From contig MFWV01000011.1 in NCBI GenBank assembly GCA_001787405.1, forward strand, positions 48,857-112,856: 64,000 nucleotides of DNA. Reading direction: 5' to 3'. Source of the DNA: Candidatus Pacebacteria bacterium RIFOXYA1_FULL_38_18 (GTDB taxonomy: Bacteria; Patescibacteriota; Microgenomatia; UBA1400; PJMF01). Shown one piece after another: positions 19,344 through 28,883 of the stretch (position 1 is its first letter; every line of letters starts with the position of its first letter). A program made the position numbers and the translations under genes. The notes under the pieces were generated by a model. The model ran no database searches and was not told where the DNA came from. It saw only the letters and a program-made list of their open reading frames with translations.

Positions 19344-20141
19344 TTAAGAGTTTGATAAAGAGTCTCGCAATGTTTGCCAAAGAACTTGAGGAATGGCGGT
19401 AGCCAGATCACTAGTATTGAAATATGGTCCGACAGATTCATAAAGAAAATCGCCGGTTTTTTTATTAATATAACTACCAACGACACAGGCGGTGAGGGCG
19501 TCATGAGTGCAGTAGAGCGCGGCGACGAGGCCGGCCAAAACGTCGCCAGTGCCACCTTTGGTCATACCTACATTTCCACCCTCGATTTTTATTTCCACGC
19601 CGTCGCCGCGCACTACATCCACTTGTCCTTTAAGTAAAATCACGGCCTGAATTATTTGCTGATCAGTTAGTTTATCTTCAACGATCTTCATTTCTCTGGA
19701 GTGGGGCGTGATGATGTGATTTGATTTTAATAGTTGAGGTTGAATCATTTGCAGGGCACCGGCATCTAGCACCCATTTTTTGGCTGAGTATTTTTTTAAC
19801 AAAGTATTGGTTAATTGTTCAGTTTCTTCAGTTCTTTCCATACCTGGTCCAATCAAAATACAATCAGCTTCTTCGATATATTTTTCCAGCTCATCACGTG
19901 GTATCACAATACCATTCCAGAAATTACCCTTGGCCTCCTGAATGAGTTTATTATTACTGGGTATGGAAGAATAAAAAACCATGTCAACAAAGTGGGAAGC
20001 CACATCCAAACTCCATTTGCTGGCAGCATGAAATAGCTCTGATCCGCCGATAATCAATAATTTGCCATTTTGACCTTTATGAGAGCTTGTCATGGGCAAA
20101 TGAATGTTTTGTAAAAATGATGCGATGAAAGTAGGAATCAT
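19344..20141 (-). CDS. nnrD: ADP-dependent NAD(P)H-hydrate dehydratase (YjeF C-terminal domain only)
   Basis: 265 aa. GKLLIIGGSELFHAASKW, CILIGPGM, ITPHSREM and GGNVGMTKGGTGDVLAGL match the carbohydrate-kinase-like fold. Confidence 0.8.
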   Translation of the reverse strand: MIPTFIASFLQNIHLPMTSSHKGQNGKLLIIGGSELFHAASKWSLDVASHFVDMVFYSSIPSNNKLIQEAKGNFWNGIVIPRDELEKYIEEADCILIGPGMERTEETEQLTNTLLKKYSAKKWVLDAGALQMIQPQLLKSNHIITPHSREMKIVEDKLTDQQIIQAVILLKGQVDVVRGDGVEIKIEGGNVGMTKGGTGDVLAGLVAALYCTHDALTACVVGSYINKKTGDFLYESVGPYFNTSDLATAIPQVLWQTLRDSLSNS

Positions 20142-20479
20142 TATGATTTTTTCTTTAAATCAGTTTCTTTTTCTGCTTTATATTCCAAAGTTTTTTGAAT
20201 TCTGGCCAATTGCATGGTGACCAATACCGCCAATAAAGTCATGACTGTGGCATAAATAAAAAGAGAAATTGCTCCGCTTTTTTCTCCCAATAGAGGATCA
20301 ATGTAAATGGTAACGGTATTTTTGATTGCTTCATTCCAAGCCAAAGCCACTACCAAACCAAAACCACTAGTTGCCAAGGTAATGATATTGGTGACGATTG
20401 CCAGGGGCATATCTTTGATAGATTCTGGGGTTTTGATTTTGGACATGAAATTATTATACCAATTGGCTAGGAGCGGCAA
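20141..20479 (-). CDS. hypothetical small membrane protein (2 TM)
   Basis: 112 aa with two hydrophobic helices. Confidence 0.45.
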   Translation of the reverse strand: MPLLANWYNNFMSKIKTPESIKDMPLAIVTNIITLATSGFGLVVALAWNEAIKNTVTIYIDPLLGEKSGAISLFIYATVMTLLAVLVTMQLARIQKTLEYKAEKETDLKKKS

Positions 20480-20496
20480 CGAAGTGAAAATATTCC

Positions 20497-21621
20497 TTGC
20501 ATATTTTGCAAAAATTCTTTTACAATACGGTCAAAATGTATCAGCCTCAATTTCGAATTACCAATAACCTACTCACTTACATTTCCAACATTGAAGCCAG
20601 CAAGGCTGTGATCAACAATTCTCCACTAGTTCCTGCTTGGGAAGCCAAGTTTCGTGATGATGCTCTGACTCGCACCGTTCACTTTGGCACCAAAATAGAA
20701 GGCAATGATTTGACCAAAGATCAAGCGCAAAAGGTTATTCAGCTCAAAGGTGTTTCCAATAGCAAAGAGGCATCTGAAAAAACGGGAGTCACTGCTCGCG
20801 AGCGAGATATCCAAGAGGTAATTAATTATCGCAACGTTTTATTGTGGATTGATCAACAAAAAGCATTGGATCGCAAACCAGACATTTCATTGCAAACTTT
20901 GCACACCTTACATTCGCTGACCATGAAAGGTTTACTCGATGAAAAACTAGTTAGTCATTTTCGTCAAAAACAAGTTGTTGTGCAAGGAATAGGCAACAGC
21001 GAGGTGGTTTTCCGTCCCCCAGTTTCAGTGGAGGTGCCATTTTTGGTAGATGAATTATTTGCTTGGATTAATAGTCCAGAAGCCCAGCAATTTCATCCCG
21101 TTTTTCGAGCAGCTATTGTTCACTATCAATTAGTTTATATTCACCCTTATGTTGAGGGAAATGGTCGTACTGCCAGAGCCTTAGCCACACTGCTCATGTA
21201 TTTATTGGGTTATGATTTCAAACGCTTTTTCTCATTGGAACAATATTTTGATGGCGATGTGGATCGCTATTACAAGGCTCTTTTATCAGTTCAACAACAG
21301 AGTGGAGACACAACTTATTGGTTAGAATATTTTTGCTATGGTTTGGCAATAGAGATAGATAAAGTTAAATCACAAGTGCAAAAACTTTCCAAAGATCTCA
21401 AGATGAAAAAAGAACTAGGTCGACAAGTGGCTTTATCTGAGCGACAGATTATTTTGCTTGAGCTTCTTCAAAATCAAGGAGAAATTACTTCAGACGATGC
21501 TCAGGAAATTTTACCCAATATTTCAGTTGATACTATTTTGCGAGATATTCGTGATTTAATCCAAAAAGGAGTAGTGGCAAAACACGGAGTGACCAAAGGT
21601 GTGACTTATAAATTGGCTTAA
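20497..21621 (+). CDS. Fic family protein (AMPylator-type) with C-terminal winged-helix
   Basis: Fic motif HPYVEGNGRTARAL. 374 aa. C-terminal HTH-like segment. Confidence 0.85.
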   Translation: MHILQKFFYNTVKMYQPQFRITNNLLTYISNIEASKAVINNSPLVPAWEAKFRDDALTRTVHFGTKIEGNDLTKDQAQKVIQLKGVSNSKEASEKTGVTARERDIQEVINYRNVLLWIDQQKALDRKPDISLQTLHTLHSLTMKGLLDEKLVSHFRQKQVVVQGIGNSEVVFRPPVSVEVPFLVDELFAWINSPEAQQFHPVFRAAIVHYQLVYIHPYVEGNGRTARALATLLMYLLGYDFKRFFSLEQYFDGDVDRYYKALLSVQQQSGDTTYWLEYFCYGLAIEIDKVKSQVQKLSKDLKMKKELGRQVALSERQIILLELLQNQGEITSDDAQEILPNISVDTILRDIRDLIQKGVVAKHGVTKGVTYKLA

Positions 21622-21699
21622 AAATTAGCCTAAAAATGAATTTTAAAATAAAATGTTTCCTGAGTTTGAGCAAAATTCTGTTAAAGTAAAGGTAATCTT

Positions 21700-23493
21700 A
21701 TGACTTTTTTTACTTTTGCCCAGCATCTCAAAAAAATCGAGGCAGTTAGCGCTCGATTGGAAATTACTAGATTATTATCTCAATTATTTTCTGAGTTAAA
21801 AATCAAAGAAATTCCGCCGGCAATTTATTTATCACTTGGTCGATTGGTCCCGCAATATCAATCATTGGAATTTCAACTTTCAACCAAAATGATTCTTCGT
21901 GCATTAACCAAACATTTGGCTCACCACCCCGATATTTATGGAGCCAATGGATCAATGAGTAATTTGTTTAATGAAACAGATGAAAGTTTATATGAAGAGC
22001 GAGTAAATAAACTTTATAAACAAACTGGTGATATTGGTGAGACTACTGAACAGTTGTTAAGCTTGGGTGATAAAGAAGGCCTGAAGCCTGATTTACTAGA
22101 AGTTTATGAGCAATTGGTACAGATTGCCAAAGAGGGCGGAACCGGCTCTCAAGAGCGAAAAATAGCAGGACTAATTGATCTTTTTGAAAAACTAGATTCC
22201 AATTCTCTGCGTTTTATCGTGCGTATCATAGTGGGTAAATTGCGTTTGGGTTTTTCTACTATGACCGTGCTTGATGCTCTGTCATGGACTAAACACAATG
22301 ATAAGTCTGAGAGTGGCAAGCTTGAGGAATTATTTCAAAAAAAAGCTGACCTAGGATTATTAGCTCAAGTTTATTTGGATCCCCAACATAATTTAAAAGC
22401 AGTGCAAAAACTTTATCAAATTTCTGAGGGTATTCCAGTCATGCCGGCTTTATGTCAGCGACTCAATTCTGCCGAAGAAATTATTGCCAAAATGCCAAAA
22501 GTAATTGTTGAACCAAAATATGATGGTTTGCGCATTCAAATTCATTTGGGTAAAGACAAAAATAGTAAAAAATGGGTGCGTTCATTCACTCGTAATCTGG
22601 AAGAAACCTCTCAGATGTTTCCGGAATTAAATCAAGCTTTGACAAAACTGGATTGTGTTAGCTGTATTTTGGATGGGGAAGTGGTGGGAGTAGATAAAAA
22701 AACTGGCAAGATTGTTGCTTTTCAAGAAACATCTACGCGTCGTCGTAAACACGGCATAGCAGCAAAGGCTGAGGAATTGCCAGTGCGTTTTTATTTATTT
22801 GATGTATTAGAAAAAAATGGACAATCATTAATTGACACACCGCTTAGTGAGCGCAAAACAATCTTAAAACAAATCGTGAAAGCCGATACTGATGTTTTTA
22901 CCACTGCGCCTTTTATAGTCACTAGCGATCCCGAAGAATTACATGATTATCATACGAAACAATTGGCATTGGGATTGGAAGGAGCAGTAATCAAAAAACA
23001 TGACTCTGTTTATAAAAGTGGTCGCAAGGGCTGGCGTTGGGTGAAGATTAAAGAAGAAGAAGGCACTAGTGGCAAACTTAGTGACACACTGGACTGTATC
23101 GTGATGGGTTATTACGGTGGTCGGGGTAAGCGTGCGGCTTTTGGAGTGGGCGCTTTTTTAGTTGGTTTATTGGGTGATGATGGCAAAATTTATACACTGG
23201 CCAAGATTGGTACTGGACTCACTGATGAACAATTTAAAGAACTAAAAAAGCGCCTCAACAAACACGAGGTAAAGGTCAAACCCAAAGTTTATAAAGTACA
23301 TAAGAACCTAATTCCAGATGGCTGGATTGAACCATCTTTTGTGGTGGAAATTGCTGCTGATGAACTGACTCGTTCGCCAGTTCACTCGGCTGGTAAAGCC
23401 CTGCGCTTTCCTCGCTTAGTCAAGTTTAGAGACGACAAAACTTGGCAAGAAGCAACCACTCTCAAAGAAATGGAAACCATTAAAATTGGTTGA
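21700..23493 (+). CDS. lig: ATP-dependent DNA ligase (Lig I / archaeal-eukaryotic type)
   Basis: 597 aa. Motif I KYDGLRIQIH (adenylation lysine). N-terminal DNA-binding domain, then adenylation and OB domains. Confidence 0.85.
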   Translation: MTFFTFAQHLKKIEAVSARLEITRLLSQLFSELKIKEIPPAIYLSLGRLVPQYQSLEFQLSTKMILRALTKHLAHHPDIYGANGSMSNLFNETDESLYEERVNKLYKQTGDIGETTEQLLSLGDKEGLKPDLLEVYEQLVQIAKEGGTGSQERKIAGLIDLFEKLDSNSLRFIVRIIVGKLRLGFSTMTVLDALSWTKHNDKSESGKLEELFQKKADLGLLAQVYLDPQHNLKAVQKLYQISEGIPVMPALCQRLNSAEEIIAKMPKVIVEPKYDGLRIQIHLGKDKNSKKWVRSFTRNLEETSQMFPELNQALTKLDCVSCILDGEVVGVDKKTGKIVAFQETSTRRRKHGIAAKAEELPVRFYLFDVLEKNGQSLIDTPLSERKTILKQIVKADTDVFTTAPFIVTSDPEELHDYHTKQLALGLEGAVIKKHDSVYKSGRKGWRWVKIKEEEGTSGKLSDTLDCIVMGYYGGRGKRAAFGVGAFLVGLLGDDGKIYTLAKIGTGLTDEQFKELKKRLNKHEVKVKPKVYKVHKNLIPDGWIEPSFVVEIAADELTRSPVHSAGKALRFPRLVKFRDDKTWQEATTLKEMETIKIG

Positions 23494-23582
23494 TTTGGCT
23501 GAAATTAATTGGTTGAGCCGATGAAAACCAATTTAGTTGCAATTAATTGGTTCGGCTGAAATTCATTGGCTACGAGACTAAA

Positions 23583-24446
23583 TTAAAACTGAAGCTCGCG
23601 CAAGTTTTGCAAAATTTTTCTGGCTCTTTGGCGTTGTTTCTCTGAAGCTTCTTCCAGGAGCTTACTCAATTTTTTGAAAGAAAAACTCTTGACTTGATCA
23701 TAATATTTGCCACCCTTCATCACGTAACCAAAGTCTTTATTGCTAAAATCTTTACCCTGTAAATAACGCAGATTCATTTGGGCAGCTATTTTGAAAAACT
23801 TTAGAGTGCCCTCTTTGTTCATTCTGCGCAATGAATAATAATAGACAGGTTTTTTGAAGAGAGAAAATGAATATCCTTGATTGACTAAATTTTGCACAAA
23901 AATAGTATCTTCATAAATTTTCTGTTTTTCATCAAATTGATAGGTTTTTAGCAATTTTGTTCGACAACCAATTAATGCTCCAAAAGCAGAGACTCTACCC
24001 AATAAATGGTAAAGCTCTAGACCGTAATTGATACCTTTTTGAGTGGCTTTTTTTAATAAATCTTTATTATTTTCTACTTTAACCAAACAAGTAAAAACAT
24101 CTGTTTCTGGATTTTGCTTAAGTTGTTTTTTTATTGTTTTTAAAAAATTTTTATCCAAACGATTGTCTGCATCCATAAAAATTACCCACTCACCTTTGGC
24201 CAATTTAGCACCAGAGTTGCGTTGATGAGCTACATTTCTTTTAGTTACTACTTTGATTTTCAAAGTTAATCGATCGGCAAATTGATCAGCCAGCTTCACT
24301 GTTTGATCTTCAGAATTTCCATCTACGTGAATGACTTCAAAATCGTCAAAAGTTTGACTAGCAAGATCTTTTAATAGCAAAGGAAGATATTTTTCTTCAT
24401 TTAAAGTGGGAATTACGATTGAAAAAAAAGGTGATTTTGATATGGT
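23583..24446 (-). CDS. glycosyltransferase family 2
   Basis: FSIVIPTLNEEKYL, HVDGNSEDQT and DAD match the GT-A fold. Start at internal Met (MTISKS) because the ORF-track start at 24551 would overlap pth. Confidence 0.75.
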   Translation of the reverse strand, partial: TISKSPFFSIVIPTLNEEKYLPLLLKDLASQTFDDFEVIHVDGNSEDQTVKLADQFADRLTLKIKVVTKRNVAHQRNSGAKLAKGEWVIFMDADNRLDKNFLKTIKKQLKQNPETDVFTCLVKVENNKDLLKKATQKGINYGLELYHLLGRVSAFGALIGCRTKLLKTYQFDEKQKIYEDTIFVQNLVNQGYSFSLFKKPVYYYSLRRMNKEGTLKFFKIAAQMNLRYLQGKDFSNKDFGYVMKGGKYYDQVKSFSFKKLSKLLEEASEKQRQRARKILQNLRELQF

Positions 24447-24494
24447 CATAATTTTCAGTTCGTATATTGTAAAGCACATTGCTAGAATACTTCT

Positions 24495-25022
24495 ATGAGA
24501 GCAATCATTGGTTTGGGTAATCCAGAGGATCAGCATCAGAAAACTCGACATAATGTTGGTTTTCGAGTAATTGATATTTTAGCCAATCAGCTTGATATTA
24601 CGCTGACAACTTCTCCCAAACTTTTTTCATTGGTTGGTAAAAATAATGATTGGTTGTTGGCCAAACCGCAAACTTACATGAATAATTCTGGCCAAGCAGT
24701 GCAAGCAATTTTGCATTTTTATAAACTCACTCCTTCAGATTTAATTGTTATTCATGATGATTTAGACATTCCTTTTGGTTTTTTTAAAATCCAAAAAGGA
24801 ACAGGACCCAAAGCTCACAATGGTTTGTTATCTATTTATGAAGCTTTGCATAGTAAAGATTTTATCCACGTTAGAATTGGTGTTGAGAGTAGAGAACAAG
24901 ATCGATCTATGCCTGGAAAAAACTATGTCTTATCATCTTTTACCGATGAAGAAGAGAACCGACTGCAAACAGTGATTGGCCAAGCGGTTCAAGAATTGCT
25001 ACCATTGTCCAAAGGTAATTAA
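24495..25022 (+). CDS. pth: peptidyl-tRNA hydrolase
   Basis: 175 aa. MRAIIGLGNPEDQHQKTRHNVGF is the canonical N-terminus with the catalytic His. Confidence 0.9.
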   Translation: MRAIIGLGNPEDQHQKTRHNVGFRVIDILANQLDITLTTSPKLFSLVGKNNDWLLAKPQTYMNNSGQAVQAILHFYKLTPSDLIVIHDDLDIPFGFFKIQKGTGPKAHNGLLSIYEALHSKDFIHVRIGVESREQDRSMPGKNYVLSSFTDEEENRLQTVIGQAVQELLPLSKGN

Positions 25023-25054
25023 GTTAGTTGTAAGAATTAATTGCTCCAAATTAC

Positions 25055-26293
25055 ATGCCCGCCATCAATTTTGCCAACTCTCATCATTTTAATTGGCCAC
25101 GAATAGGAGTGGATAAATCAAGCAACATGCGCATTTTATTTGGTATTCGCATGTTGAGAGAGCTGGCAAATAAATTTGCCCTGTTTTTTTTACCAGTATT
25201 TTTATTTCAATTGGGTCAAAGCACTCAGTTTTTACATGCTCAAGGTTTGACTGAATTTCAGAGTGGAATCGTGCTCATGTCATTTTTTTTTGCTGGCTCC
25301 AGATTGTCGGTACTATTATTGGTTTTTCCGGTTGGAAAATTTATTCATAAATATGGTTTTACTGCTAGCTTGATTCTTTCTCATTTGCTATATGCAGTGA
25401 TGTTGGTATGTTTTCGTATCTCCTTGGATAATCTTAGTTGGTTGTGGTTGGGAATGGTGGCAGATGGAGTGAGCACCTTGTTGATGTGGAGTTCTTTTCA
25501 TACTATTTTTTCCAAAAATGCTCACAAATCCAGAATGGGTCGTGACTTAGGCTTTATGCAGGTTTTATTAAATTTGATCTGGATGATTGCTCCTGCTCTA
25601 AGCGGTATTGTGATTTTCTTGTTTGGTTACGAAATATTATTTTCTGTTGGTTTGGGAATAATTGGTTTGATTATCATCATTGCAACCTTTTTGAATGTGC
25701 CTCGTGAAAGAGATGAAGTTAGTTTGAAGGAATTATCGCTTTGGATTAATGAGCGCAGATTTATCAAGCTCGGCTTTTCCATCGCTGGTAAGACTTTATA
25801 CGATATTGGTATTTTTGTTTGGCCACTATATGTTTTCTTATTATTGGGTAACACCGAACGAGTAGGTATTTTGTATAGTCTTTCGTTTTTATTATCCATG
25901 ATTTTCAGTTTATTTATTGGTGCCAAACTAGATCATAAAGAACGTAAACGGCCATTTCTTATCTCTGGTGGTTTGCTATCAATTTTGTGGATCATTCGTT
26001 CGCAGATTTTTAATTTTTGGTCGATTGCCATCGTAGATTCTTTTGATAAATTAACGAGCAATTTTCATTGGTTATTTTTCGACAGAGTGCTTGTGAATAG
26101 AGGTAAAGGACGAGAAGCTTTTTCCTATTTCATCTACCGAGAGATAATTATTAGTTTAACGGCAATAGTTTTTTGGTCGGTTTTTGCTTTGACGTTTTTG
26201 ATTTGGCCATTGGAGTGGAAAGGATTGTTTGTTATGGCAGCAGTTGGCGTGTTAATGAGTTTGCTGATTAGCAAGAAACACGATCAAGTTTAA
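25055..26293 (+). CDS. polytopic membrane transporter, MFS-like (putative)
   Basis: 412 aa with about 10-12 TM helices. A loop resembles MFS motif A. Assignment is weak. Confidence 0.45.
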   Translation: MPAINFANSHHFNWPRIGVDKSSNMRILFGIRMLRELANKFALFFLPVFLFQLGQSTQFLHAQGLTEFQSGIVLMSFFFAGSRLSVLLLVFPVGKFIHKYGFTASLILSHLLYAVMLVCFRISLDNLSWLWLGMVADGVSTLLMWSSFHTIFSKNAHKSRMGRDLGFMQVLLNLIWMIAPALSGIVIFLFGYEILFSVGLGIIGLIIIIATFLNVPRERDEVSLKELSLWINERRFIKLGFSIAGKTLYDIGIFVWPLYVFLLLGNTERVGILYSLSFLLSMIFSLFIGAKLDHKERKRPFLISGGLLSILWIIRSQIFNFWSIAIVDSFDKLTSNFHWLFFDRVLVNRGKGREAFSYFIYREIIISLTAIVFWSVFALTFLIWPLEWKGLFVMAAVGVLMSLLISKKHDQV

Positions 26294-26304
26294 TTTCTTT
26301 TTCA

Positions 26305-26730
26305 TTGGCAATACCTGGTAAAATAAGGGCAGTGTCAACTGCAAAAACTCAATCAACTGTATCAAATCAGTCAGTCGGTCCATCAGATCGACCAAGTCAA
26401 CCAACTGCGCCTAATAAGCCAGTCGGTTTCCAGTCAGCCCAAGGCTTGTTTGCGAATTATAAATTGGAAGACAAGGGCGGTTATATTACTCGGGAATTTC
26501 AAGATTATGGTTATCGTTTGGCAATAGAATTGGGAGATTTGCCACACAAAAGTTTGTATATCAAAATGGCCAAACAAATAGAGCGAGGAATTTTGGAAAA
26601 AGCTCTTTCTTTTGTAGCAGATTCTCAAGCAGATAGTAAAGCCAGATTGTTTATGTGGAAGGTTAAACAACTAAGAGAAGAAGCCAAAACTAAAACCGAG
26701 ACTCAACTAAAAAACAAAAAAAAATCATGA
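26305..26730 (+). CDS. hypothetical protein with Q/S/P-rich N-terminus
   Basis: 141 aa. Low-complexity STAKTQSTVSNQSVGPSDRPSQPTAPNKP, then a basic C-terminal region. Confidence 0.4.
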   Translation: MAIPGKIRAVSTAKTQSTVSNQSVGPSDRPSQPTAPNKPVGFQSAQGLFANYKLEDKGGYITREFQDYGYRLAIELGDLPHKSLYIKMAKQIERGILEKALSFVADSQADSKARLFMWKVKQLREEAKTKTETQLKNKKKS

Positions 26731-27902
26731 AACATCGTTCTACAAAAATACTTATCCTCCTACTTTTAATTGGAGTAATTCTGTCTGGTTATAATTATTT
26801 TCAGCGACCATTTCTACAACGTTTTCTTCAATCAGAACAGACAACCGAGATTAAACGAGAGGTAGAAGTAGATCCCAGACAATTGATTTTAGAAAATCTT
26901 TCCACCAAAGAAAAAATTATGCAGACTATTGCTTTGCCAGTAATTTTGGGCGAAGCTACTCCTTCGGCTGATGCTCAGTTAGCTTGGATCGAGACTAATA
27001 ATCCCGGTTTTATTACGATTTTTGGCAATAATCTGACGGCAACGGAGGTTGCTAGTTTTACCAGTCAATTGAGTAAATTGGAAAGTCAGCAAAGACCACT
27101 GGTGGCAGTAGATCACGAAGGAGGAGCAGTGCAACGTTTGCGCGGACAAGGTTTTATAACTCTTTCCAGCTGGAGACAGAGCTGTCAAATGGACTCCGAT
27201 TCTAGAATTAAGATATTTAGTCAATCAGCCTCAGAACTCAATCAAGCTGGGGTTCAGATTGTTTTTGCTCCAGTAGTAGATGTTGCTCGTGCTAATTCTT
27301 TTTTGGGTAATAGAGCTTGCACTGATGCTGAAGAAATTGTAGCTACTACCAAAGATTATGTGACTAGTTTTGCTCAATACGGAATTTTATCAGTCATTAA
27401 GCATTTTCCAGGAATTGGTTCACTAACTAGTGATCCTCACAATCAACTAGATTCAGTTTCACTGGAATCGAGTGATACTTCAGTTTTTAATCAAGTTTTA
27501 AAGACTTTTCCCAATCTTGGTGTGATGACCACTCATGTAGCAGTAGAAAATAAAACATCAGGCTTACCTTGTAGTTTGAGTGCTTTATGTCTCAATTCTT
27601 TTTCAAGTAATTTTCCCCAAGTACTTATTTTCACTGATGCGTTGGAAATGGCTTCCGCTGGTTTTAGCTTGGAGGGCAACTCGGAAATTGAATCACCCAA
27701 ATCACTTTCCCAACGTGCTCAAGAAGCTCTAATTGCCGGTAACGATGTATTGGTTTTTGGGGAAACTATTGATATGGAAAAAATGATGATTCTAGTTGAT
27801 GAATTAGTTGACCGATATGAAAATGAAGAATCGCTTCGCGATAGAGTAGATGAGGTAGTGTTCAAGATTTTGACTCTTAAAACATCAGCAGAAAAATTAT
27901 AA
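26727..27902 (+). CDS. secreted glycoside hydrolase family 3 (NagZ-like beta-N-acetylhexosaminidase)
   Basis: Signal/TM at N-terminus. VAVDHEGGAVQRL, FAPVVDV and KHFPGIGS are GH3 N-domain motifs. Confidence 0.75.
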   Translation: MKHRSTKILILLLLIGVILSGYNYFQRPFLQRFLQSEQTTEIKREVEVDPRQLILENLSTKEKIMQTIALPVILGEATPSADAQLAWIETNNPGFITIFGNNLTATEVASFTSQLSKLESQQRPLVAVDHEGGAVQRLRGQGFITLSSWRQSCQMDSDSRIKIFSQSASELNQAGVQIVFAPVVDVARANSFLGNRACTDAEEIVATTKDYVTSFAQYGILSVIKHFPGIGSLTSDPHNQLDSVSLESSDTSVFNQVLKTFPNLGVMTTHVAVENKTSGLPCSLSALCLNSFSSNFPQVLIFTDALEMASAGFSLEGNSEIESPKSLSQRAQEALIAGNDVLVFGETIDMEKMMILVDELVDRYENEESLRDRVDEVVFKILTLKTSAEKL

Positions 27903-28379
27903 ATGTTGACAAATAAATCCAATTCACAAGTATTGATCTTTAAAGCATTGGTAGTGTTGGCCTATTTAGCAATTTTCTTTTTTCTCATTCCTTGGGGTTG
28001 GCACGTACTCTGGTTTTCCATTGGAGTATTGTTTGGACTGGGATTTTTATTGGGTGACGAAAAGTTTTTTTTCAGTTGGTATCGCGAACAAGTCACTGAT
28101 CGATTTTTGGTTACGCGCTCACCTTTGTTTTTGTTGTCATTAATTCCTCTGACTATTTTTGTGATGACTTCATCAGGAAGTTTTTTGGCCAGTGGCATGA
28201 TGGGAAGTATAGTGCTTTATTTATTATTGGAAATGACGGAACTCAAACACGACTCGCTCGCGTTTGACCAGCGTTTTTTACAAGGTATTAGTGGTCAAGT
28301 TTCTACACAAGCAATTCAATTAATCTTACTTGGAGGTTGGTTATTTTTCTTTTTAGTTCATTTATTAATGATTTATTGA
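27903..28379 (+). CDS. hypothetical polytopic membrane protein
   Basis: 158 aa, about 4 TM. Confidence 0.45.
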   Translation: MLTNKSNSQVLIFKALVVLAYLAIFFFLIPWGWHVLWFSIGVLFGLGFLLGDEKFFFSWYREQVTDRFLVTRSPLFLLSLIPLTIFVMTSSGSFLASGMMGSIVLYLLLEMTELKHDSLAFDQRFLQGISGQVSTQAIQLILLGGWLFFFLVHLLMIY

Positions 28380-28381
28380 AT

Positions 28382-28834
28382 ATGAAAAATAGAACCAAAG
28401 GACTTTTGGTTGCGGGTTTTTTGATAGCGGTTTTTTTATTGAGTCGATTTGCTGGTTTGACTAAATTTCAGCAGGTGAAATTACTGAATTTACCAGATCA
28501 TTCAATTATTGAGTTCCAAATTAGGGGAAAACGACTAATAGTAGAGGTAGTTAACACTCCAGAAAGTAGAAATAGAGGCTTGAGTGGACGAGAAAGATTG
28601 GAAACTGATGGTATGTTGTTTGTTTTTGATCGTCCCCAAATAATTGGTTTTTGGATGAAGGAAATGAAGTTTCCCATTGATATTATTTGGTTAAACAATA
28701 ATTCGATAGTTGGCTTGGAGCGCAATATTCAACCACCATCGCCTGATATTTTAGATGAACAACTAGAAAAATTTCTCTCTCCCCAGCCTGCTAATATGGT
28801 TCTGGAGACCAATCCTTTTTTGTTTGACGACTGA
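28382..28834 (+). CDS. DUF192 (COG1430) family protein, membrane-anchored
   Basis: GMLFVFDRPQIIGFWMKEMKFPIDIIWLNNNSIV matches the DUF192 core. Start set at Met16; the ORF track starts at 28337 and overlaps the upstream gene. Confidence 0.7.
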   Translation: MKNRTKGLLVAGFLIAVFLLSRFAGLTKFQQVKLLNLPDHSIIEFQIRGKRLIVEVVNTPESRNRGLSGRERLETDGMLFVFDRPQIIGFWMKEMKFPIDIIWLNNNSIVGLERNIQPPSPDILDEQLEKFLSPQPANMVLETNPFLFDD

Positions 28835-28883
28835 GTTTGCTGCGGCTCTTTTTTATGCTTGAGAAAACCAGTATTATAAAGGA

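Noticed and set aside
23494-23582. Direct and inverted repeats (GGCTGAAATTAATTGGTT…, AATTGGTT-N11-AACCAATT) between the convergent ligase and GT2 genes
   Set aside because: Most simply a bidirectional terminator hairpin region, not a mobile-element end. It is not listed as a feature because stem and T-tract are weak.
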